64,000 bases of DNA from an uncultured Desulfobacter sp. (GTDB lineage: Bacteria; Desulfobacterota; Desulfobacteria; Desulfobacterales; Desulfobacteraceae), in NCBI GenBank assembly GCA_963665095.1, contig OY762069.1, positions 3,552,001-3,616,000 on the forward strand. Reading direction: 5' to 3'. Of the stretch, positions 33,827 to 42,975 are shown one piece after another; position 1 is the first letter of the stretch, and each line of letters begins with the position of its first letter. A program made the translations under genes and the position numbers. Below the pieces are notes generated by a model, which saw only the letters and a list, made by a program, of their open reading frames with translations, searched no databases and was not told the DNA's origin.

Positions 33827-34747
33827 GTGTGGACAATCAGTAACAAGGCTTTTAAAGGCGCCCAATTGAAAAAAGCAAAAACAGCATTTCTAAAACGATT
33901 TGGAGAGATTCGCGATTTGCCTTCGTTACCGTCAATTGTAACAAAAGTAAATGAAATGCTCAATGATCCAAACACAACCAATGACTCTTTATCCCGGGTG
34001 ATTGAAAAAGACCAGGCAATTGTTTTCAAGATGCTTCAGCTTGTAAATTCCGCCTTTTTCGGACTAAGAGAGAAGATTTCAGCCACCAATGAAGCAGCTA
34101 TCATTCTGGGGTTTGATGCCATTCGAAATATTGTTGTATCACTTTCCACCTTTAATGTATTAAATCATCTGTTTGAGCATAAAACCTGTGACCATTTCAA
34201 GGTGGACCGTTTCTGGCGGCACTCTATTGGCGTTGCCGTTTTAAGCCGGTATCTGGCGGATCAGGCCAGGGTTGGCGATCCTGAAAAGTGCTTTGTCTGC
34301 GGGCTGCTTCATGACATGGGAAAACTGATGCTGGCTTACTATTTCCCCGATGACTTTATCCGGGTGGTCGAAAAGGCCCGCAAGGAGAATCTGATTTACC
34401 TGGAAGCGGAAAAAAAAACTTTGCCTGTCTGCCATTCCGAAGTCGGCTATTTTATAATAAAAAAATGGGGGATACCGCCCCATTTGGCCAATACCATCTA
34501 TTCTCATCATGCCATTCAACCTGGCGCGACTTTTTTTGATGAAAGCGTTATCGTAAATGTCGCAGATGGGATTATTAACAGCTATTATCCCGATTTTTTA
34601 AATAACAACACATCGCCCGGGAATCTTAAATACGCCTATTTTGATCCCCATGCCAGAAAACGGTTGAATGTCTGGATTGAGTCGGTTCCCAAATGGATGC
34701 CCCAGGTAGACCCGCTAATCAGGGATGCGTGGACATTTTTTCTTTAA
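33827..34747 (+). CDS. HDOD domain protein
   Basis: LPSLPSI, KMLQLVNSAFFG, FWRHSIGVA and GLLHDMGK motifs. Start uncertain (TTG 33866 is an alternative). Confidence 0.9.
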   Translation: MWTISNKAFKGAQLKKAKTAFLKRFGEIRDLPSLPSIVTKVNEMLNDPNTTNDSLSRVIEKDQAIVFKMLQLVNSAFFGLREKISATNEAAIILGFDAIRNIVVSLSTFNVLNHLFEHKTCDHFKVDRFWRHSIGVAVLSRYLADQARVGDPEKCFVCGLLHDMGKLMLAYYFPDDFIRVVEKARKENLIYLEAEKKTLPVCHSEVGYFIIKKWGIPPHLANTIYSHHAIQPGATFFDESVIVNVADGIINSYYPDFLNNNTSPGNLKYAYFDPHARKRLNVWIESVPKWMPQVDPLIRDAWTFFL

Positions 34748-34774
34748 TACAATTATGGGTGGTTTTATCAGGTC

Positions 34775-35605
34775 ATGGACAATGAATTAAAGCACGCAAT
34801 TCTTTGCGTTGATGATGAAAAACAAATTCTGTCTGCTTTGAAACGATTGTTGCGAAGGGAACGCTTTGATCTGTTCACGGCAACCAGCGGGGAGGAAGGA
34901 CTGGAGATCATGGCCTCCCAAAACATCCATCTGGTTATCTCTGATCACCGGATGCCGGAGATGTCAGGCATTTCATTTCTGGCCAAAGTCAGAGAGGCAT
35001 TCCCTGATGCCATCAGAATTCTTTTGACTGGGTATACGGAAATCGACTCCATAAAGGCCTCCATCAATGAAGGTCATGTTTACAAGTTTCTTTTAAAACC
35101 ATGGAATGATGACAATCTGAAGCAGGAAATCAGAAAGGCGCTTGAACGGTATGATCTTATACAGGCAAATCGTGCCCTGCACCTGATGGTTGCCCAGAAG
35201 AATGAAGAGCTGGAGCAGATTAATAAGGATCTTGAAACAATTATAAAGCAGCGGACAAGGGAGCTGGAACTCCAGAACCAGGCCCTTGAGCTGACACGGG
35301 TTCTTTTCAGAGGTCTTCCGGTTGCTGCAGTGGGCGTAAGCTATGACCAGACAATAATACTTATCAACCGGCAGGCTGAACGCCTGAAAATAAACGGCCG
35401 TACGTTAATGGTTGGGAACTTTCTGGCAGACTATTTTTCAAAAAATGAGATGAATAAGCTTTTGCCTGTGTTTGAATCTAAGGTTAATCAGGTGACCTTC
35501 AGTATAACCGCAGAAAATTTGCCATATAGTGTGAGCCTGTCTGCTTTGACCGGACGGTTTTCCGGAAAAGGCTTTATTCTGTGTTTTCAGGAACAGGCAG
35601 GCTGA
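34775..35605 (+). CDS. Response regulator (REC, coiled coil, PAS-like C-terminus)
   Basis: ILCVDDE, VISDHRMP, LLTGY and KFLLKPW motifs; no HTH output domain. Confidence 0.88.
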   Translation: MDNELKHAILCVDDEKQILSALKRLLRRERFDLFTATSGEEGLEIMASQNIHLVISDHRMPEMSGISFLAKVREAFPDAIRILLTGYTEIDSIKASINEGHVYKFLLKPWNDDNLKQEIRKALERYDLIQANRALHLMVAQKNEELEQINKDLETIIKQRTRELELQNQALELTRVLFRGLPVAAVGVSYDQTIILINRQAERLKINGRTLMVGNFLADYFSKNEMNKLLPVFESKVNQVTFSITAENLPYSVSLSALTGRFSGKGFILCFQEQAG

Positions 35606-36845
35606 TGGTAAAAGTGGTTCCTTTGCCAGGTTCACTTTCAACGGCAATGCAGCCTTCATGCTGTTGAATGATATTATACGCAATGTTCATCCCTAAACCA
35701 GTGCCTTTGCCCACCTCCTTGGTGGTGAAAAAAGGATCAAATATTTTAGAGATGTTTTCCGGATCAATGCCGCTGCCAGTGTCTGAGATTGAAAGTTTTA
35801 CATCGCTGTTTTCCTGCCATGTCCTAATTCTTATTTCACCTGTTTTTTCAATGGCCTGGGCTGCGTTTACCAGAATGTTTAAAAAAACCTGGTTGAGCTG
35901 CTGGGGAATGCCTTTAACCAATGGAACATCCTTCAGATCTTTATGTACCGTTGTTTTATATTTTAATTCATTTGCCGCCACATTCAGGGTGGCCTCGATA
36001 CAGGCATTCACATCCACGAACTCAATATCCTTTTTGCCCGGGTGAGCAAAATCTTTTAAATCTATGACGATTTTTTTGATTCGGTCCAGCCCGTCGATGC
36101 AGTCTTTAATGAGTTCGTCCATATCCTTTTGAAGATAATCAAGGTCAATCTTTCGGACATACTCCTTAATGGTTTTTACCATGTCTGTCAGCGCTTCAGT
36201 TAGAGGGGTGCCTTCCAGGCGTTTAATCAGAGCCTGGTCCAGTACGATGAGCTTTCGAATATCGGACAGATACTCTTCCAGGGAATTCAGATTGCTGGTG
36301 ACATATCCCACAGGGTTGTTAATTTCGTGGGCAATACCTGCGGCCAGTTGTCCTATGGATGCAAGCTTATCGGTCTGGGTTAGCTGAATCAAAAGGTCGG
36401 ATTTCTCTTCCTCCATTTTTTTTCGTCGGGAAATATCCATAATTGAAGTGATAAAATAGCGTCCCAGGGGGCTGTCTTCCAGACTTACAGACGACATGGA
36501 ACACCAGACCAGGCTTCCGTCTGATTTTTTAAATCGCATCTCCAGATCCCTGACCTGTCCGGTTTCCATTTTTTTTAAAAAAATATTTCTGTCTTTTTGA
36601 TCATAATACAACTCTTGAATAGGGATCTGCTCAAGGCCTTCAAGGGAGCTATACCCCAACATATGAAGACCTTCGGGATTAACATTTAATATTTTTCCAT
36701 CCACAGAAGTCAGAACAATACCAACGGGCAGATTATTGGTCAGCGCCTGGAAATTTTTTTCCAGACTGACGTGTGGGCTGCTCTTTGGGTCAGAAGGGGC
36801 ATCATCACTTAAGTTTAGGAACGGGTCTGGCTTTTTTTTACCCAT
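35574..36845 (-). CDS. Cytoplasmic PAS sensor histidine kinase (NtrB-like)
   Basis: PAS; GQLAAGIAHEINNP; QVFLNILVNAAQA; FDPFFTTKEVGKGTGLG. 32-bp convergent overlap with the previous gene. Confidence 0.92.
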   Translation of the reverse strand: MGKKKPDPFLNLSDDAPSDPKSSPHVSLEKNFQALTNNLPVGIVLTSVDGKILNVNPEGLHMLGYSSLEGLEQIPIQELYYDQKDRNIFLKKMETGQVRDLEMRFKKSDGSLVWCSMSSVSLEDSPLGRYFITSIMDISRRKKMEEEKSDLLIQLTQTDKLASIGQLAAGIAHEINNPVGYVTSNLNSLEEYLSDIRKLIVLDQALIKRLEGTPLTEALTDMVKTIKEYVRKIDLDYLQKDMDELIKDCIDGLDRIKKIVIDLKDFAHPGKKDIEFVDVNACIEATLNVAANELKYKTTVHKDLKDVPLVKGIPQQLNQVFLNILVNAAQAIEKTGEIRIRTWQENSDVKLSISDTGSGIDPENISKIFDPFFTTKEVGKGTGLGMNIAYNIIQQHEGCIAVESEPGKGTTFTISLPVPENTE

Positions 36846-37052
36846 GTTTTCTCCAGTAATGTTATATGTCCTGAAATGCCTTTTGTGTGAATTTATTCCA
36901 GTCTAAAAAAAAAAGCGGTGATATTCAATTTCTTTTTAATTGTGAATGGATTTACCTTAAGTTATTGAGAAAAAATCGAAAATGACTTAATCTGAATAAA
37001 AATCACAAAAATATCCGGCTGGTGATTCTAATACCAATTTCACGGGAGTCTG

Positions 37053-37787
37053 ATGGCTGAAGCTTTTGATCATACAATCCTGATTGTCGATGATGAAAAA
37101 AATATTGGGAAAGCCCTGGAGCGCCTGATTAAAAGGATCGGTGTCAAATCTTTTTATGCTGCCTCCGGAGCCCAGGCCCTGGATTTTATTCAAAATTCCG
37201 AGTCTGCGATCTCAATGATACTTTCGGATCAGCGAATGCCTGGTATGGAAGGGACCGAGTTTCTTGAAAAAGCCAGGAGTATCACCCCGGATACGGTGCG
37301 ATTTCTTATTACCGGTTATGCAGATATCAATGCTGTTGCCGGTGCGGTAAACCGGGGTGCGGTCCATAGATTTATTACAAAGCCCTGGAGCAATGACAAT
37401 TTGCTGGAGATGATCAAGTCTGGGTTGCAGCATTACGAATTACTCGTGGAAAATCAGAATCTGTTTGCCCTGGCAAAAAAACAGAATGCGCGACTGTACA
37501 GTTTAAGCCAGGAGCTTAAGCGAAAAGCCGGCGACTATAAGCAAGTGATTATCCAGAAGGAGAAGCAGATAGTTCAGTTAAGCAAGCGTTTGGAAAAAGG
37601 CACTTGCGAGGCTGATTACATTAAACATATTGAAAAAATACTCGAAGAAAATCAGATGTTTGACACTCAGAAAATTGGTTTGTGCTACACGGCGGTGATG
37701 CAGGCCATTTTTTTAACCTTTAAGGATCTGGCTGCCCGTAACGGTTTTTTTATGCCGGCGGACAATGATCTTGGCCCGGAAGAATAA
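37053..37787 (+). CDS. Response regulator (REC plus coiled coil)
   Basis: ILIVDDE, ILSDQRMP, LITGY and RFITKPW motifs. Confidence 0.88.
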   Translation: MAEAFDHTILIVDDEKNIGKALERLIKRIGVKSFYAASGAQALDFIQNSESAISMILSDQRMPGMEGTEFLEKARSITPDTVRFLITGYADINAVAGAVNRGAVHRFITKPWSNDNLLEMIKSGLQHYELLVENQNLFALAKKQNARLYSLSQELKRKAGDYKQVIIQKEKQIVQLSKRLEKGTCEADYIKHIEKILEENQMFDTQKIGLCYTAVMQAIFLTFKDLAARNGFFMPADNDLGPEE

Positions 37788-37794
37788 TCATTTA

Positions 37795-40245
37795 ATGCAA
37801 TGGGTGGATATTATCGAAGGGGGAGACCAGGGAAATAAAATTATTGTGATTGATCCGGAAGGACTCCTGGATCAGAAAACCTCAATTTTATCAGAAAAGG
37901 GGTTTCATGTGGACACCTTTGCCTCTCCTTCTGAAGGGTTGTGCTGTCTGGCAGAGGCTGTGGGTTCCCCGTACTTTTTGATTATTGAGGGGTTTGTTGA
38001 AACAGGGGAAGAGCAGGAGCCACTGCTTTTAAAGGCCAAGGATCTCTCCCCTGACACACAGCGGCTACTGGTAGCCGCTCCTTCTGAACTGCCTTCCTTT
38101 GTATCTGCGATCAACTCAGTGGGAATCCATGCGTGCCTGCCCCTGCCGTTTACAAAGGAAGAGCTTTTTTTCCAGGTCAGGCTGCGCTACGATGAGTATG
38201 AAGCCGGCAAAAAAGTTAAAAACCTTCAAAAAACCATCCATCGTCAAAACAAACAGCTGTTCCAGATCGCCGGGAATCTGCGTAAAAAAGAAGCCCTGTA
38301 TACGGCACATATCGAGCAGAAAGAAAAGGAGATAAAAGGCCTGAAATCTAAAGTCAGATCCCTTTCTTCAGGCAGCGAATCTGACACCACAACCGAGCTT
38401 AAACTCCTATTGGAAAAAGAGGATATCAAATTCAATTCCTTTGGCTTCAAACAGGCCTTTGATGATCTTAAAATTCGTGTCAAAGATATTTTTTCAACCA
38501 TTGTTTTGGAACGGGGCGTTTTTGATGCATTGGCCAACGTGCCCGACCCACTTGATGAAGAGGAGGAACCTGTTTATCAGCCGGTTGCCACCCATCTGAC
38601 ACGTGAACTTTTAAATTTTATGATCTGGAAGTCCGAGTGCGGATCTGAAACACTTCAAGAAGAGAAACCATCCGGTGTCCAAGAGTACTTTCGCATCAAT
38701 TACTCCCAAGACATGCTCAATGCCTATATCCGCCTTGAAAAGGACGCTCCCAAAACAGTTACCACATACATGGTAGAACAGTTTCTCCATAAAAACGGGG
38801 TAATTTTCGGTATCGTAGACGATCAGGTCATCAGAGAGTGGATTGAGACAGCGGCAAAAGAGGGGGGGAAATTACTTGTGGCAGCCGGGAATCCCCCTGT
38901 TCCCCCAACCGATGGAGAAATTCACATTTATTTTCCCACCACCTTCAAGCGGGCGGGCCGGCTTAATCCGGACGGGAGTATCGATTTCAGGGAAAGAGGA
39001 GAGATTCCGCACGTGGACGAGGATATTTTGCTGGCGTCAAAGATCCTTCCTGTACCCGGGAAATCCGGCCTGGATGTTAAGGGCATGGAGATACCTGTGG
39101 AGGCTCCGGTTGACCCGGCTTTTTCTGCAGGGTCCGGGACCCGGTTTAACGAAGATAAAACCAAAATTTTTTCAACCACCCGGGGGGAACCTCATCTGGA
39201 TGTGATGGGCGTTGTCTCTGTAAACAAAGAGTTTCAGATCAAAGGGGATGTGGGGTTTGAAACCGGCAATATCAACTTTGACGGAAATGTGATCGTACCC
39301 GGAATTGTTAAAGAGGGGTTTAAGGTCAAATGTGTTTCGCTGACCGCCAAGGAGATCTGCGGAGCTGAAATTGATATTTCAGGGGACCTGAACGTTTCAA
39401 TGGGAATCATTGATGCAAAATTAGTTAATGTTAAGGGAGACATTCATGCCAAGTATGTTCGTAACTCAACCATTAACGCCTTTGGTAATCTAAAGATCGA
39501 AAAGGAGATTATTGATTCTACGATCTACCTTAGTGGCGCCTGCGACAATGAAAGGGGGACCATTCTCAATTCAACCTTGTCTGCAAAGCTTGGCATTAAA
39601 GCAGGAACCGTTGGAAACGAATCGGCTGGGGTCTCTTCTCTGACTGTGGGGATGGATGAACATTTAATCCGTGTAACCGGGAATATAAAGTCCAAACTCA
39701 CGCATAATGACGCGATGCTGAAAGAACTTGCATCGGAAATCAGCCAGATGAAGGAGGTGGATAAGTGGCTTCACGGAACCATCACCGGCAATGCGCATAT
39801 TCAGGATCGTACCCAAATTGAAATCAGGGAATTAGAGGAAAAAAAAGCCGCATTAGACGTGACAAAAGAGGCCGCGGAATTAAAAAATATTTCAAATAAA
39901 ATCCGAAAACTTGAAACAAAAGCTAAAAATGCTGAAAAGGAGATCAATGACGGGTTTGAACAGCAGGATCAGATACACAGCAATATTTTGATAAAACAGC
40001 GTGAAATCGAAGCGACGGAAAAGGCGAACAAACGCCTTGTTAAAAAACTGGAAAATCTGGAAAACATTTCAAACAAGAGCGACCCCGTACCTTACCTGGT
40101 TGTCAACAGGCGCATTCAATCACAGACAAAAGTCAAGTCGCTTCATTCGTTCAAAATTCTGGAGACATCCTTATCCCGCTGCATCATAAAGGAAACGAGC
40201 CGGAGTGAAGACGGCATTGTCTATTATTTAATGGAAATTGTTTAA
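37795..40245 (+). CDS. FapA/DUF342-family protein with N-terminal pseudo-receiver and coiled coil
   Basis: NGVIFGI, GSIDFRERG, IKGDVGFETGNINFDGNVIV beta-helix, C-terminal coiled coil. Start at ATG 37795 or 37765. Confidence 0.8.
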   Translation: MQWVDIIEGGDQGNKIIVIDPEGLLDQKTSILSEKGFHVDTFASPSEGLCCLAEAVGSPYFLIIEGFVETGEEQEPLLLKAKDLSPDTQRLLVAAPSELPSFVSAINSVGIHACLPLPFTKEELFFQVRLRYDEYEAGKKVKNLQKTIHRQNKQLFQIAGNLRKKEALYTAHIEQKEKEIKGLKSKVRSLSSGSESDTTTELKLLLEKEDIKFNSFGFKQAFDDLKIRVKDIFSTIVLERGVFDALANVPDPLDEEEEPVYQPVATHLTRELLNFMIWKSECGSETLQEEKPSGVQEYFRINYSQDMLNAYIRLEKDAPKTVTTYMVEQFLHKNGVIFGIVDDQVIREWIETAAKEGGKLLVAAGNPPVPPTDGEIHIYFPTTFKRAGRLNPDGSIDFRERGEIPHVDEDILLASKILPVPGKSGLDVKGMEIPVEAPVDPAFSAGSGTRFNEDKTKIFSTTRGEPHLDVMGVVSVNKEFQIKGDVGFETGNINFDGNVIVPGIVKEGFKVKCVSLTAKEICGAEIDISGDLNVSMGIIDAKLVNVKGDIHAKYVRNSTINAFGNLKIEKEIIDSTIYLSGACDNERGTILNSTLSAKLGIKAGTVGNESAGVSSLTVGMDEHLIRVTGNIKSKLTHNDAMLKELASEISQMKEVDKWLHGTITGNAHIQDRTQIEIRELEEKKAALDVTKEAAELKNISNKIRKLETKAKNAEKEINDGFEQQDQIHSNILIKQREIEATEKANKRLVKKLENLENISNKSDPVPYLVVNRRIQSQTKVKSLHSFKILETSLSRCIIKETSRSEDGIVYYLMEIV

Positions 40246-40295
40246 TAGGGTTTGCTTTGCTCAGGCGGCGCCGGATGCTTTGGCTCACAAATTTT

Positions 40296-42683
40296 CTAAT
40301 GATGGCCGGAAAGGTTAACTGTCTGCACGGTTCCGCTTGACACAAAGGTGGTCTTTAACGTTCCTGCGGAGTAGGTGCCTCCGGTGTAAAGCCCGTCCAG
40401 TTCAGTTCCGGTATCACTGCCGCCGGTATAGACCTTGTAAGTGGTACCGTTTGTCAAATCAGAGGATGATACCAGAACAGATGAATAACGATGCTCCGGT
40501 GCAAAGGTAATCAGCGTGTTGCCCGCACTATCCTCGATATGAAAAAGTGTTCCGGCTGATGACGTCTGGTCCCAGGACAGCAGCACCGATGGCTGTCCGG
40601 ATTGCTGACCTGGCGTTTCCACCATATTGGAATTGACCTGAGCCACTGCAACAAGCCCCCCGTTGATAAGCAAATCGCCGTTTACATCCAGCCCAAGTTC
40701 GGGAGAACTGGGCGGTCCATGCACAATAACAGTACCACCGGCAATGGTCAGACTGCCATTGCTGTCAATGCCGTCGCCTGCTGACGCGCTCAGGTCTATG
40801 TACCCGCCATTAATGGTCAGCATGCTGCCGTCATCCCCTTCCACATCGCTGCCAAAGGTGGCATTCATACCGTCGTCGCTGGCGTTGACGTGGATTTCAC
40901 CGTCGTTGATGGTGATGTTGGGGGCTTCAATTCCTTCCACTGATTCCTCTATATCTATTGAGCCGCCGTTGATCTCAATCCCCTCCTCGGATTTGATGGC
41001 ATCATCTGCCGAGGAGACTGTAATGGTCCCGCTGTTAACAGTAATTATACCATCTGCTTTGATTGCCTTTGCTTCGGCAGCATCTCCGGCACTGATATAA
41101 ATTTCTTCACCCGTGGCCGTGGCGTTCAGAGTAGGCGCGGAATCAGAGGCACCGATGGTCAGGGTCCCGTCCCCTGAAATGCACCGGCCGCCTTTGCCCG
41201 AATGGGATAATGTCATTGTGCCGCCCTCTAAAATCAGGTTGCCGTCCGACTTGATGCAGGGGCCATGATAGGCATCCAGTGTGCCGGTTTCATCGGTGTA
41301 GGTGCTGCCGTCACCGCTTGAGGTGATTGTCAGCCCGCCGGAATAAACCTCAACGCTTCCGTCGCTGGATATACCGCGGCCGGCCTTTCCGGTGGTGGTG
41401 ATGTATACTTGAGCACCATTGACCACCACACTGTTGTCCGCCTTGATCCCGGTGCAGTAGGAGGGATCATAGCCTGATCCCGACTCCTCTAAAACGGCAT
41501 TCCCCGAGGTTTCTATGGTTGTTGTTCCGCCTGTAAGCTCAACATCAGCGGCGTTGAGCCCTTTGGACTGGTCCCCTTCAACCGAGATATCCACTGTACC
41601 GGCTGACATCAGTAAATCGCCGTCACATTTGATCCCGTCCCGGTCATCATCCTCAATTACAACACCGAGACTGCCGCCCGAAATCCGGACCGGTCCATCC
41701 CCTGCGTCCACCCCATCACTGCCGGCAGTCACATCCACGGTTCCGCCGGACTGATAGTACCCCTCATTGGTGTGGATGCCGTCCTTGGAAGAACTTGCAA
41801 TAATAATAGCGCCGCCATCGACCACAATGTAGTCGTCACTTCCCAGGCCATGCTGGTCATCGCCGGTACCGTAAACCACCAGGCTGCCGTTACCGGAAAA
41901 AAGTATCTGACCTTCGCTGAAAAAGGCGGCTTTCTGATCCTCATCATCCGGTGCATCGGCATAGGTCTCGCCATCCGTCAGCGAAGACGTTGTCTGCTCC
42001 ATAAGTTCCACTGAAATGGTCACATCCGCCTGGATATTAATGGCAGGCCCGTCCTGGTTGGTAATGTCAACACCATCAAGCTGCAGCAAAAAATCATTAT
42101 CCGAGTAAATTTTGAACATGCCGTCCGAGGTTGTTCCTGACAAGTTGTATATGATACCGGAAATATCCGCCGTTGACGTCACGGTTACATCTGCATCGGC
42201 CACGGCTATGACAACCCCTTCATCTGCCAGTGGATTGGTAACAGCTACAGAACTGCCGTTGTAGACGATGGTGATCGTGCTTCCAGTATCGGATGATAAG
42301 GTACATGTAAAGTCAACATGCGAGACGTCTGCATCAGAAATTGTCACCGATGTACTTGCCGGAGAAAAAATGTACCCTCCTAAAGACGGAGTGATGGTAT
42401 ATGTCCCTGCTTCGGCTGTGAATGAATAAGTTCCGGATGCATCCGTGGCTGAGCTTGAAGTCCCATTGCCTGACAGGGTAATGGTCACACCTGCTGTCAT
42501 ATCACCGCTTACCATGCCGGCTATAGTGTAAGTTGATTTGCTGTCATTGCCATCATCACTGTCGTTGCAGCCTGTTCCTGTAAAAACAGCACATAAAAGC
42601 AACAGCGTAATGATAAGCAGAATACTTTTAGAGTTCATTTCTGATAGAGAAAATTTACTATCGGCCGCACTATTTTCCCTCAT
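40296..42683 (-). CDS. Acidic lipoprotein with DUF4353 (Cthe_2159-type beta-helix) domain
   Basis: Lipobox-like FTGTGC; N-terminal beta-sandwich; repeated DGIH/DGVD/DGIK/DAIKS/EGIE/DDGMNA/GDGIDSNG motifs; YNLSGT...G. Confidence 0.72.
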   Translation of the reverse strand: MRENSAADSKFSLSEMNSKSILLIITLLLLCAVFTGTGCNDSDDGNDSKSTYTIAGMVSGDMTAGVTITLSGNGTSSSATDASGTYSFTAEAGTYTITPSLGGYIFSPASTSVTISDADVSHVDFTCTLSSDTGSTITIVYNGSSVAVTNPLADEGVVIAVADADVTVTSTADISGIIYNLSGTTSDGMFKIYSDNDFLLQLDGVDITNQDGPAINIQADVTISVELMEQTTSSLTDGETYADAPDDEDQKAAFFSEGQILFSGNGSLVVYGTGDDQHGLGSDDYIVVDGGAIIIASSSKDGIHTNEGYYQSGGTVDVTAGSDGVDAGDGPVRISGGSLGVVIEDDDRDGIKCDGDLLMSAGTVDISVEGDQSKGLNAADVELTGGTTTIETSGNAVLEESGSGYDPSYCTGIKADNSVVVNGAQVYITTTGKAGRGISSDGSVEVYSGGLTITSSGDGSTYTDETGTLDAYHGPCIKSDGNLILEGGTMTLSHSGKGGRCISGDGTLTIGASDSAPTLNATATGEEIYISAGDAAEAKAIKADGIITVNSGTITVSSADDAIKSEEGIEINGGSIDIEESVEGIEAPNITINDGEIHVNASDDGMNATFGSDVEGDDGSMLTINGGYIDLSASAGDGIDSNGSLTIAGGTVIVHGPPSSPELGLDVNGDLLINGGLVAVAQVNSNMVETPGQQSGQPSVLLSWDQTSSAGTLFHIEDSAGNTLITFAPEHRYSSVLVSSSDLTNGTTYKVYTGGSDTGTELDGLYTGGTYSAGTLKTTFVSSGTVQTVNLSGHH

Positions 42684-42975
42684 GTAATTATCTCCTAATA
42701 TATTTCTAAAAACATAGAAACAAATAAGATAGTTTCTTCATAAATTCAAGTAATGTTGGGACTCGTCCCTGTTTTTGCAAAAAATCAAATGCCTATTTCA
42801 AAGATAGAGGTCTGGCCCGAATATTTTTTGCACACCTTTTTCGGGAATGAAACTTGAGTACGATTTTGAGTTGTTCTTGCGATCTGTCTTCATTTGGCTT
42901 ACACTGCTTCAATCATACAGCGGGTGTTTTTGTATCGCCGTTATCTATATACTCTTAACCGTCCGGGATAGCTGA

